The position numbers and the translations under genes were made by a program. The notes below the pieces were generated by a model, which was given only the letters and a program-made list of their open reading frames with translations, made no database searches and was not told the origin of the DNA. A stretch of 64,000 bases of DNA, taken from Spirochaetota bacterium. GTDB taxonomy: Bacteria; Spirochaetota; UBA6919; CBDBPB01. The first letter of the stretch is position 1. Each line of letters opens with the position of its first letter. Shown here piece after piece: positions 30,798 through 39,778 of the stretch. The stretch is from NCBI GenBank assembly GCA_965208615.1, contig CBDBPB010000004.1, positions 512,001-576,000 on the forward strand, written 5' to 3'.

Positions 30798-31745
30798 ATG
30801 CCACTTAGCTTAATGAATACCATAACGTTATTTAAAGAAAAGGGTAGTAAAATAGATATTCTAAGTAACATTGGAAATACACCTTTAATAGAAATAAAAC
30901 GGATTACAAAGGACTTAAATAAAAATATTAGAGTGCTTGCTAAACTAGAAGCATTTAATCCAGGTGGATCAGTTAAAGATAGACCAGCTCTAAGAATGAT
31001 AGAAAGAGGTGAAGAAACTGGCTCATTAAATAAAACTAAAACTATACTAGATTCTACTTCTGGTAATACAGGTATAGCACTCGCTATGATTGGAGCAGTT
31101 AAAGGCTATAACGTAGAATTGGTAATGCCAGAAAACGTTAGCGAAGAACGTAAGATTATGCTAAATGCCTATGGAGCAAAATCAATATACTCCGATCCAC
31201 TAGACGGATCCGATGGAGCAATACTCTTAGCTAAAGAAATCTATAAAAAAAATCCAGATAAATACTTTATACCTGATCAATATAATAATCCAGAAAACTG
31301 GAAAGCTCACTACTACGGAACAGCTCAGGAAATTATAAGAGATACCAATGGACAAATAACTCATTTTTTGGCTTGCATAGGTACAAGCGGTACTCTTGTA
31401 GGTACCAGTAAAAAACTTTTGGAATATAATCCTAATATTATTACTCATGGAATACAGCCTGCTGAGGCTTTTCATGGTCTAGAAGGGCTTAAACACATTG
31501 CTAGCTCCATTGTACCAGGAATATATAATTTAGACTTTGAGTCGAGGAGTATTTTTGTCGATACTCAAAAATCTTATGATATGGTAAGACGCTTGGCAAA
31601 AGAAGAAGGCTTATTCGTTGGCTTATCCTCCGGTGCCGCTATGCTAGGGGTTATGGAATATGCAAAAAATATTAGCAAAGGTATAATTGTAACTATATTC
31701 CCCGATAATGGAGAAAAGTATTTTAGTCATCGCTTGTTTAGTTAA
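30798..31745 (+). CDS. cysM: PLP-dependent cysteine synthase (CysM-like, probably carrier-dependent)
   Basis: IGNTPL, NPGGSVKDR (PLP Lys), TSGNTG, DQYNNPEN, GTSGT, GLSSGA, FPD; start may be 30798 or 30813. Confidence 0.85.
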   Translation: MPLSLMNTITLFKEKGSKIDILSNIGNTPLIEIKRITKDLNKNIRVLAKLEAFNPGGSVKDRPALRMIERGEETGSLNKTKTILDSTSGNTGIALAMIGAVKGYNVELVMPENVSEERKIMLNAYGAKSIYSDPLDGSDGAILLAKEIYKKNPDKYFIPDQYNNPENWKAHYYGTAQEIIRDTNGQITHFLACIGTSGTLVGTSKKLLEYNPNIITHGIQPAEAFHGLEGLKHIASSIVPGIYNLDFESRSIFVDTQKSYDMVRRLAKEEGLFVGLSSGAAMLGVMEYAKNISKGIIVTIFPDNGEKYFSHRLFS

Positions 31746-31754
31746 AGGTAAATT

Positions 31755-32186
31755 ATGAACCTATCAATAACTATAAAAAAAACTATGATGGATAATATAT
31801 ATAATCACTGTAAAAATGAATATCCTTATGAATGCTGTGGAATCCTAATTGGTGATTATGACTCCATGAGTGTTAAAAAAGTTATTATGACTAAAAATGC
31901 TAATAAAAAACCTGACTGGTTTGAGATTCATCCCGATGACTATCAAAAAGCCTATGACATCGCTGATAAAGAATCTATGGATATTATTGGCTTTTATCAT
32001 TCTCATCCCGATCATGTTGCTGAACCTTCTAAAAGAGATAAACAAAGAATTATAGAAATCGGTATTATTTATGGAATGATATTTATGATAATAAGCGTAA
32101 ATAAAAATGGTAATGTTAATCCCAAATCATGGGTGCTATATGATAGCCATGAACCTTTCCATGAGCAAAAGATAAAATATATATAA
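31755..32186 (+). CDS. JAMM/MPN+ (M67) metallopeptidase, Mec+-like
   Basis: YPYECCG catalytic Glu; GFYHSHPDHVAEPSKRD JAMM motif. Confidence 0.92.
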   Translation: MNLSITIKKTMMDNIYNHCKNEYPYECCGILIGDYDSMSVKKVIMTKNANKKPDWFEIHPDDYQKAYDIADKESMDIIGFYHSHPDHVAEPSKRDKQRIIEIGIIYGMIFMIISVNKNGNVNPKSWVLYDSHEPFHEQKIKYI

Positions 32187-32205
32187 CTTTGGAGGAACTT
32201 GTTTT

Positions 32206-32484
32206 ATGAGTAAAAAAGTTGGTGTACCTGCACCTCTAAGACAGTACTGCGGTAGTAAAAAAGAAATTGAGCTTGAAGGAAGTAAAGTAAAAGATATTTT
32301 AAGCTCTATGAGTGAACGTTATTCAACTTTACATAGCAAAGTCTGTGAGGATAATGGTAGTGTTCGAAAGTTCGTTAATCTTTATGTAAACGGTGTGGAT
32401 ATTAAAAAATTAAATAACCTTGATACTGAGTTAAAAGAATCTGATAAATTAACTATAATACCTGCCGTTGCTGGAGGACTTTAG
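32206..32484 (+). CDS. Ubiquitin-like ThiS/MoaD/CysO sulfur carrier protein
   Basis: VPAPLRQY, FVNLYVNG, LTIIPAVAGG-L C-terminus; GGAGG RBS. Confidence 0.92.
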   Translation: MSKKVGVPAPLRQYCGSKKEIELEGSKVKDILSSMSERYSTLHSKVCEDNGSVRKFVNLYVNGVDIKKLNNLDTELKESDKLTIIPAVAGGL

Positions 32485-32587
32485 AAAGTTTAATCATAAG
32501 AGGATATTTTAAAACAAAAATTGACTGCTTATGATATCCCTATTAGTCATTAGGGTTTTGAGAATATTAAAAGTAGGAGATGAGTGT

Positions 32588-33760
32588 ATGAGTAATGTTA
32601 GCGTAGAATTAGCTGGTTTATCCCAGGATCAACTTAAACGATATAGTCGTCATATTGTGCTTCCTGAGATTGGATTAGAAGGTCAAGAGGGTTTATTAGA
32701 TTCAAAGGTATTAATTATAGGTGCAGGCGGACTTGGTTCACCATTAGCTTTTTATCTTACGGCGGCTGGTATTGGCACTATTGGTCTTGTGGACTTTGAT
32801 AAAGTTGAATTTAGCAACTTACAAAGACAAATAATACACTTTACAAAAGATGTAGGCCGTCCTAAGTTAGATTCCGCCGCTGATAAAATTAAGGCTCTTA
32901 ATCCTGATGTAGATGTTATAAAACATCCCGTTTATATATCGTCAGACAACGCTCTAGACATCATAAAAAATTATGACTATGTTATAGATGGTACTGATAA
33001 CTTTCCAACAAGATATTTGGTTAATGATGCATGTGTTATGCTTGGTAAAACCAATATTTACGGCTCTATATACCGCTTTGACGGTCAGGCAACCGTTTTT
33101 AAGCCTAAAGACGGACCTTGTTATCGCTGTCTTTATCCCGAACCCCCTGATCCAGGCCTTATACCCAGCTGTCAGGAAGGAGGTGTTGTTGGGGTATTAC
33201 CAGGTATTATAGCCACCATTCAGGCTACTGAAGTGGTTAAGCTAATAACTGGTAGTGGTACATCATTAGTTGGCAGGCTTTTGCTGTACGATGCAATGGA
33301 TATGAGCTTTAATGAGGTACAAATTGAAAGAGATCATAATTGCCCTGTATGCGGGGATAAGCCCACTATTACAAAGCTAATTGATTATAACGAGTTCTGT
33401 GGTATCCGTAGTGATGCCGAACAAGAGGCTTTTAACAAAAAGTATGAAGTATCCGTTGAAGAAGCTAATAAAATACTATCTGGTGATAGAACAAATATAA
33501 CTCTCCTCGATATACGTGAACCAGAGGAGTTTAAAATTGTATCCTTAGAAAATAGCTTGCAAATACCAATGGCTATGCTACCTGATAGAGTTAACGAACT
33601 TGATATGTCTAAAGAGATTCTTATTATTTGTAGAATCGGTGAGAGAAGTGCTAGAGCTGTTGAATTTCTTACATCTTTAGGGTTTGAAAAAGTAAAGAAT
33701 ATTTCAGGGGGTATAATAAAATGGGCAGAGAAGATTGATACATCCTTACCCATATACTAA
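32588..33760 (+). CDS. moeZ: MoeB/E1-like adenylyltransferase with C-terminal rhodanese (MoeZ/MOCS3 type)
   Basis: RYSRH, IGAGGLGSP, SNLQRQ, DGTDNFPTRY, CYRC, SCQEGG, CPVC; rhodanese loop CRIGERS; AGGAG RBS. Confidence 0.92.
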   Translation: MSNVSVELAGLSQDQLKRYSRHIVLPEIGLEGQEGLLDSKVLIIGAGGLGSPLAFYLTAAGIGTIGLVDFDKVEFSNLQRQIIHFTKDVGRPKLDSAADKIKALNPDVDVIKHPVYISSDNALDIIKNYDYVIDGTDNFPTRYLVNDACVMLGKTNIYGSIYRFDGQATVFKPKDGPCYRCLYPEPPDPGLIPSCQEGGVVGVLPGIIATIQATEVVKLITGSGTSLVGRLLLYDAMDMSFNEVQIERDHNCPVCGDKPTITKLIDYNEFCGIRSDAEQEAFNKKYEVSVEEANKILSGDRTNITLLDIREPEEFKIVSLENSLQIPMAMLPDRVNELDMSKEILIICRIGERSARAVEFLTSLGFEKVKNISGGIIKWAEKIDTSLPIY

Positions 33761-33786
33761 TTTATTTTGCTTTTTTAATTCCTCAA

Positions 33787-33805
33787 AAGGGGCAATATAC
33801 CCCTT
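33787..33805. terminator. Hairpin between convergent moeZ and lon
   Basis: AAGGGG-caatata-CCCCTT with A/T flanks. Confidence 0.55.
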
Positions 33806-33808
33806 ATT

Positions 33809-36214
33809 TTAGTATATACTCTTATCAAAGGAAATTTGTATAACCTCATCCATTGTCTCAACAGGATGAAGGGTTATGCCTTTTTGTATATGGTCTGGTA
33901 TTTCGTCTAGGTCTTTGGTATTCTCTTTTGGAAATATAATAGTTTTTAGTTTACTTCTTTTAGCGGCTATCATTTTTTCTTTTAGACCGCCTATGGGTAA
34001 CACGTTACCAGTCAATGTTAGCTCACCTGTCATGCCCAAATGCTTTTTGACAGGTCTATTGGTAACCAAAGATAGTATACTAGTTGCCATGGTAATACCA
34101 GCAGAGGGTCCATCTTTTGGTGTTGCACCGGCAGGAACATGCAAATGGACAAAGTGATTCATAAAGTAGCCCTCTTCTAAGGATAGCTGTTGTGCTATCT
34201 TTTTAACGTAGCTATAGGCAATATTAGCACTTTCGGTCATAACATCGCCAAGCTGTCCGGTTAATTTAAAGCCAGGCTTCTCTTTTACCGAAATAGACTC
34301 TATATATAAAGTACTCCCTCCTAAGGCTGTCCAGGCTAAGCCTATAACTACACCAGGCTTTTTTCTTTTTTCTAAAAAGTCATCGGTAAAGACCTCAGGG
34401 CCAAGAAACTCTCTGGCCTTTTCATTGGTTATATTGGGGTCATGCTCTTTCTCTTTTGCTATTAAGTATGCTGTCTTACGGCATATCTTCTCTATCATAC
34501 GTTCAAGGCCCCTAACCCCTGCCTCTCTGGCATAATTATTTATTATATAGCTAAATGACCTCTTGTTAATCTTAATCTGACTCTTAGTTAGACCATGTTT
34601 TATTAACTGCTTTGGTAATAAAAATCGTTTACCAATCTCATATTTCTCTTCCTCAATATAACCAGAAAGCCTTATAACCTCCATCCTGTCTAATAGCGGT
34701 CTTGGGATAGTATCCAGCGTATTAGCCGTAGTCACAAATAGTATTTTAGATAAATCAAATGGCAAGTCTAAATAATGATCCACAAACCTATTATTTTGCT
34801 CAGGATCAAGTACCTCCAATAAAGCACTGGCTGGATCACCTTGAAAACTAATCCCTATTTTATCAACCTCATCGAGCATAAAAACAGGATTAGCCGTCTT
34901 CACCAGCTTTAAACCTAATAATATCTTACCAGGCATTGCACCAACATAAGTTCTACGATGACCCTTTATCTCAGCCTCATCCCTCATACCACCAAGAGAA
35001 AAACGATAAAACTTACGGTTTAACGATTTGGCAATAGACTTACCAAGAGACGTTTTTCCAGTACCAGGTGGACCAATTAAACAAATAATAGAGCCACCAG
35101 TCGACTCAGGCTTTAACTTCTTCACCGCTAAAAACTCCAAAATACGTTCTTTAACATCCATAAGAGCATGGTGATCATTATTTAATATCTTTTCAGCCTC
35201 TGTCAGATCATGGGAATCCTTTGAGAATACACCCCATGGCAAAGAACATATAACATCTATATAATTTCTGGTTACCACATATTCCGACGAATGAGACTCC
35301 ATACTCTCAAACTTATCCAGTTCTTTATCAACCTGCTCCTTTACGTCATCTGGGAATGTTAATTTATCAATCTTTTCTTTAAATTCTCTATAAGTCTTGC
35401 TATGGGAATCTTCATCTATACCAAGTTCTTTTTTTATGGCTTTTAACTGCTCCCTTAAAAAAAACTCTCTTTGTTTTTCATCTATGGTCTCGTCAATCTT
35501 CTTCTGTATATTTTTCTGGAGCTCTATAAGCTTTACTTCTTTATCCAAATAACGTAGTACACGTCCCAAACGCTTTTCTACGTCAAACAGCTCAAGAACC
35601 TCTTGATATTCCTCAGGCTTAAGCTTTAATATGGATACAGCAAAATCCCCTATCTTAGAAGGCTCATCAATATTAGCCAAAGTAAGCTTTACCTGTTCCA
35701 TCAAAAATGGGTTAGTCTCAGCCAATGTTCTTAACTGACTCAAAATAGCCCTTGTTAAAGCCTTAACCTCCATATTGTCTTCATTCTTTTTAGGCGGTTC
35801 GTTATACCTAACTTTAGCAATAACCCTACTGGCCTCATCGCTTACAACATCCTTTATCCTAAAACGCCTTAAACTATTAACCAAAAGATTTATTCCACCA
35901 TTGGGCAAGTTGATCTTCTTTATCACCTTTGCCACAGTACCTACCTTATAAAGGTTTTTAGTTGTTGTATCCTCAATTGACTCGTCTATAATAAGAGATA
36001 GACCAACAAAATCTAAAGCTCCACCAATACTATTAATAGTCTCAACAAGCTTTGGAGATGAAATAATAATGGGAGTTATTATACCAGGGAATACTGGTCC
36101 GCCAAATATAGGTAAAATAAATATTTGTTCGGGAATCATCTGATCAATAGAAACTATAGTATTATAATCAAAACTCACTTGAGGTTCATCAATATTAGAA
36201 TCATCAAAATTCAT
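33809..36214 (-). CDS. lon: ATP-dependent Lon protease
   Basis: GPPGTGKTS, RGHRRTY-like KGHRRTYVGA, LDEVDK, KDGPSAG catalytic Ser, GGLKEK. Confidence 0.97.
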   Translation of the reverse strand: MNFDDSNIDEPQVSFDYNTIVSIDQMIPEQIFILPIFGGPVFPGIITPIIISSPKLVETINSIGGALDFVGLSLIIDESIEDTTTKNLYKVGTVAKVIKKINLPNGGINLLVNSLRRFRIKDVVSDEASRVIAKVRYNEPPKKNEDNMEVKALTRAILSQLRTLAETNPFLMEQVKLTLANIDEPSKIGDFAVSILKLKPEEYQEVLELFDVEKRLGRVLRYLDKEVKLIELQKNIQKKIDETIDEKQREFFLREQLKAIKKELGIDEDSHSKTYREFKEKIDKLTFPDDVKEQVDKELDKFESMESHSSEYVVTRNYIDVICSLPWGVFSKDSHDLTEAEKILNNDHHALMDVKERILEFLAVKKLKPESTGGSIICLIGPPGTGKTSLGKSIAKSLNRKFYRFSLGGMRDEAEIKGHRRTYVGAMPGKILLGLKLVKTANPVFMLDEVDKIGISFQGDPASALLEVLDPEQNNRFVDHYLDLPFDLSKILFVTTANTLDTIPRPLLDRMEVIRLSGYIEEEKYEIGKRFLLPKQLIKHGLTKSQIKINKRSFSYIINNYAREAGVRGLERMIEKICRKTAYLIAKEKEHDPNITNEKAREFLGPEVFTDDFLEKRKKPGVVIGLAWTALGGSTLYIESISVKEKPGFKLTGQLGDVMTESANIAYSYVKKIAQQLSLEEGYFMNHFVHLHVPAGATPKDGPSAGITMATSILSLVTNRPVKKHLGMTGELTLTGNVLPIGGLKEKMIAAKRSKLKTIIFPKENTKDLDEIPDHIQKGITLHPVETMDEVIQISFDKSIY

Positions 36215-36452
36215 AGTATCTCCTTGATTAAATAAATTGGAATATTATAAACTAAATTAACATAGTCCTATCTTAAAAAAAACAACAATAATATTTTTCT
36301 TATTATTCTCTATATTCATAGTAGTAAGAATAGTCCATAATATATTAGATTGAAACACTAAGTTAATAAAATTATAAAACAAAAAAACTAAGTCAATAAA
36401 ATATTTTTATTTTAAGTTTGACTTCTGTTCTTAGATAATTATTATTTCTTTT

Positions 36453-36710
36453 ATGTTATCAAACAAAAGAAAAGTATTAGCTATAGTATTCGTTATTACT
36501 ATATCACTGATATTTATACTAAATCAAGTTATACTCTACTTTATGCCCCAAAAATATATTGCAAAAGATGGTAGTTATATTGGTGATAGCTTTGTATGGT
36601 TTGCCTCATGGAGTGCTCCATTATCCTTTGCTATAGCCATAATCGTTTATGGAGGTACCATACGCTATCTGTCATACAAAAATAAAAAGAATAACAAAAA
36701 GGATAAATAA
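36453..36710 (+). CDS. Small two-TM membrane protein
   Basis: Two hydrophobic segments and a basic tail; stop lies 3 nt before the next start. Confidence 0.6.
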   Translation: MLSNKRKVLAIVFVITISLIFILNQVILYFMPQKYIAKDGSYIGDSFVWFASWSAPLSFAIAIIVYGGTIRYLSYKNKKNNKKDK

Positions 36711-36713
36711 GCT

Positions 36714-37358
36714 ATGGAGCTATCTATTAAAAACTCAGAAGATAAAATAAAAATAGAAAACGTTTACTGCATAGGAATGAACTACCATGACCATGCTAAA
36801 GAACTGGGTAATAAAAGCCCTGATGAACCTGTTATCTTTATGAAAGCTAATAGCTGTCTTACAAAGAATAAAGCTGACTTTATATTAGGCAATGAATTAA
36901 CCCACTATGAGGGCGAGTTGGTAGTGGTAATAAAAAACCATTGCGGACGTATACCAAAAGATATTGCTCATAGCGTTATATTAGGATATGCCCTTGGAAT
37001 AGACTATACCCTTAGAGATATACAGTCTAAGGCTAAGTCTAAAGGCTATCCATGGACTCTAAGTAAAAGCTTTTATGGTTCTGCTCCCATATCGGATGTA
37101 GTATTAAAAGAGGATTGTAATATAAACGATAAAGATATTTGTCTATCCATAAACGATGATATACGTCAACAGGCTAAAGTCAGTGATATGATATTTAGTA
37201 TAGCCCACCTAATAAGCTACTTATCCTATAAAGTACCCCTTAAAAAAGGGGATATTATATATACAGGAACTCCAAAAGGCGTTGGACAAGTACATAAAGG
37301 TGATATTGTTAAATGCTTTATGGACGGTATAGGTGAGCTAATATCCTATGTTAAATAA
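36714..37358 (+). CDS. Fumarylacetoacetate hydrolase family protein
   Basis: CIGMNYHDH, PVIFMK, HYEGEL, DYTLRD, GDIIYTGTPKGVG. Confidence 0.92.
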   Translation: MELSIKNSEDKIKIENVYCIGMNYHDHAKELGNKSPDEPVIFMKANSCLTKNKADFILGNELTHYEGELVVVIKNHCGRIPKDIAHSVILGYALGIDYTLRDIQSKAKSKGYPWTLSKSFYGSAPISDVVLKEDCNINDKDICLSINDDIRQQAKVSDMIFSIAHLISYLSYKVPLKKGDIIYTGTPKGVGQVHKGDIVKCFMDGIGELISYVK

Positions 37359-37360
37359 AT

Positions 37361-38419
37361 ATGACCATAGATAGGCTAATCCTCAAGAACTTTAGGAATC
37401 ATGAACACCTTGACATAACATTTAACAAAACTAATAATATATTAATGGGTGAGAACGGTAAAGGTAAAACTAATATACTAGAAGCTATATATCTTTTGGG
37501 TATGATGAAGTCATTCCGTCCAGCTTTAGATAAAGACCTTGTTCAGCAGAGTCAAAACTCATACTTTATCAAGGGTATATATGATAAGACGTCCATTAGT
37601 ATTGGCTTTCATGAGGGTAAGAAGGAAGTCTGTCATAATGATCAGCCCATTAAACGAATATCAACATTAATAGGCAAGCTTAAAGTTGCTATTCTTAACC
37701 AATTAGACATTCACCTTATTATAGGATCACCGTCCAACAGAAGAAGGTATTTAGATATTGCTCTTTCTTTGTCCTATGAGCATTATCTTGTGCTACTCCA
37801 GCGTTATCAAAGGGTGGTTAAGCAAAGGAATAAATTATTAAAGTCCGGCGAGCCTAATACTACGCTCATAAAGGTATGGGACGAACAGCTAATTGACTTG
37901 GGATCAAATATTATACAAATTAGAAACAACTTTTTTGAGCATATTAACGAACTTACTAAAAACTTATATAATAGCCTCAGCTTTGATATTAAGGACTTCC
38001 ACTTATGTTATAGCCCTTCTATAGGCAAGATAAAGGATAATACCTCTATTAACGCTCAGTTTAGTAAAAAGATAAACGATAATAAAAATAAAGAACTCCA
38101 CTATAAGCAAACTCTTTATGGACCTCATAAAGACGACTTTATAATAAAAAGCGGTGAGTTCTATTTTAAACACTTTGCCTCACAAGGACAAAATAGAGCC
38201 GGGGCAATGACATTAAAACTCGCTATGATAGACTATATAGAAATGATAACCGACTCTAAGATGATCCTACTGCTGGATGACGTATTACTCGATCTGGATA
38301 ATCATAAAAAAGAGAAGTTCCTTAGTATAATACGTGATAGACAAAATATTTTTACGGCTACCTCTTTATACGGCTTGAACTTAATCAAAGAGGATAGTAT
38401 GATATATGAGGTTAGTTAA
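37361..38419 (+). CDS. recF: DNA replication/repair protein RecF
   Basis: NFRN, GENGKGKTNILEAI, GSPSNRRRYLD, GPHKDD, SQGQ, LLLDDV. Confidence 0.94.
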   Translation: MTIDRLILKNFRNHEHLDITFNKTNNILMGENGKGKTNILEAIYLLGMMKSFRPALDKDLVQQSQNSYFIKGIYDKTSISIGFHEGKKEVCHNDQPIKRISTLIGKLKVAILNQLDIHLIIGSPSNRRRYLDIALSLSYEHYLVLLQRYQRVVKQRNKLLKSGEPNTTLIKVWDEQLIDLGSNIIQIRNNFFEHINELTKNLYNSLSFDIKDFHLCYSPSIGKIKDNTSINAQFSKKINDNKNKELHYKQTLYGPHKDDFIIKSGEFYFKHFASQGQNRAGAMTLKLAMIDYIEMITDSKMILLLDDVLLDLDNHKKEKFLSIIRDRQNIFTATSLYGLNLIKEDSMIYEVS

Positions 38420-39593
38420 GTAAATTATAGCTTTTTAGTGTATCAAACAGGCAATTGACCATTAGGTCTATCTGTTCTTTTGTGTGTACTGCGGATATGA
38501 CTATCCTAAGTCTTGCAGTCCCCATAGGTACTGTTGGATAGCGTATAGCCTGTATATATATACCTTTTGATAATAAACTACTGCTTATGTCTAACGCTGT
38601 TTTTGAGTCGCCTATGATTATAGGAAAAATAGCTGTATTAGAGCTGGATTTAACCCCTTTTTGTTTAAGAGCCTTGTCTAAATGGAATATGTTATCCCTT
38701 AGGCTTTTATAAATTGATGAGTCCTTTTCTATCAGTCTTAATGCACTATAAGCCGATATTACACAACTAGAAGGCAGTGCAGTACTAAAAATAAAGCTCC
38801 TTGCACGATTTATTAAATAATCGATTAATAGGCTCCTACCGCAAACAAATGCACCATAACTAGCAAGAGCCTTACTTAAGGTACCCATTATTATTCCATT
38901 TGGGTTATCCAAATTATAATGCTCCTCAATACCCTTAGCATACTTACCCAATACCCCTGTGGAATGTGCCTCGTCAATTATACTAACGGCATCATAATTA
39001 TTGGCTATATTATACAGCTCTGATAGGTCGACTATATCACCATCCATGCTGAATATACTCTCTGATACAATAAATACCCTTTTATAATTATGCCTATTCT
39101 CCTTTAGAAAAGCCTTAAGCCAATCCATATCATTATGGGGATAGTCAATAACCTTTGCCCTACTCAAACGACAGCCATCTATAATACTTGCGTGATTTAA
39201 CGAGTCACTCAAAATAAGGTCTTTATCCTCGCTCAGAGTAGGCAAAAGAGCTATGTTAGCAAGATAGCCTGATCCAAATAATAAAGACCTTTCTTTATTC
39301 TTAAGCTGGGATAACTTATCCTCTAAAAGAATGTGGTACTCCCTATTACCACTTATCAGCCTTGATGCACCAGAGCCTGATCCAAATTGCTTTATGGCAT
39401 TAGTAGTCTGTAATATTACCTCTGGATGAGCTGATAGACCAAGATAATCATTAGACGAAAAACATATTGCCTTATGACCGTTTATTATAATATTTTTTTT
39501 ATCCTCGACCTTAATAAGCCTCAATTTTCTTTCTAGATTAGCCTTTTTAAGTGTTAGTATTTTCTTTTGAATATGACTATATAAAGAATTCAT
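38412..39593 (-). CDS. bioF: 8-amino-7-oxononanoate synthase
   Basis: FSSNDYLGL, GSGASRLISG, NHASIIDG, FSMDGD, DEAH, GTLSKA, IRYPTVP. Confidence 0.93.
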   Translation of the reverse strand: MNSLYSHIQKKILTLKKANLERKLRLIKVEDKKNIIINGHKAICFSSNDYLGLSAHPEVILQTTNAIKQFGSGSGASRLISGNREYHILLEDKLSQLKNKERSLLFGSGYLANIALLPTLSEDKDLILSDSLNHASIIDGCRLSRAKVIDYPHNDMDWLKAFLKENRHNYKRVFIVSESIFSMDGDIVDLSELYNIANNYDAVSIIDEAHSTGVLGKYAKGIEEHYNLDNPNGIIMGTLSKALASYGAFVCGRSLLIDYLINRARSFIFSTALPSSCVISAYSALRLIEKDSSIYKSLRDNIFHLDKALKQKGVKSSSNTAIFPIIIGDSKTALDISSSLLSKGIYIQAIRYPTVPMGTARLRIVISAVHTKEQIDLMVNCLFDTLKSYNLLN

Positions 39594-39630
39594 AATATGC
39601 TTAAAAAACTTTTTAAGATTATAAGATAGT

Positions 39631-39659
39631 TTGACTTTTCTATAAAAAATATTTAGTAT
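39631..39659 (+). promoter_or_regulatory. Sigma70 promoter for the tRNA
   Basis: TTGACT-17 bp-TAGTAT, 12 nt upstream of the tRNA. Confidence 0.55.
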
Positions 39660-39671
39660 ATATAAGGATTA

Positions 39672-39745
39672 GGGCGGTTAGCTCAGCTGGTTAGAGTACC
39701 TGCTCGACACGCAGGGGGTCACTAGTTCAAATCTAGTACCGCCCA
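39672..39745 (+). tRNA. tRNA-Val(GAC), CCA not encoded
   Basis: Acceptor stem GGGCGGT/ACCGCCC; D-arm; anticodon stem CCTGC-tcGACac-GCAGG; T-arm ACTAG-TTCAAAT-CTAGT. Confidence 0.95.
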
Positions 39746-39778
39746 ATTTAGGCTTAAGCTAATAATATTAGCAGTAAT

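Noticed and set aside
31755-33760. JAB + Ubl + E1 as an antiphage ubiquitination system (CBASS Cap2/Cap3 or Bil-like)
   Set aside because: There is no E2 or CD-NTase; the E1 carries a rhodanese and the operon starts with cysteine synthase, which fits sulfur transfer
39672-39778. tRNA-Val as an island integration site
   Set aside because: I found no duplicated tRNA 3' end and no integrase; the flanking genes are ordinary
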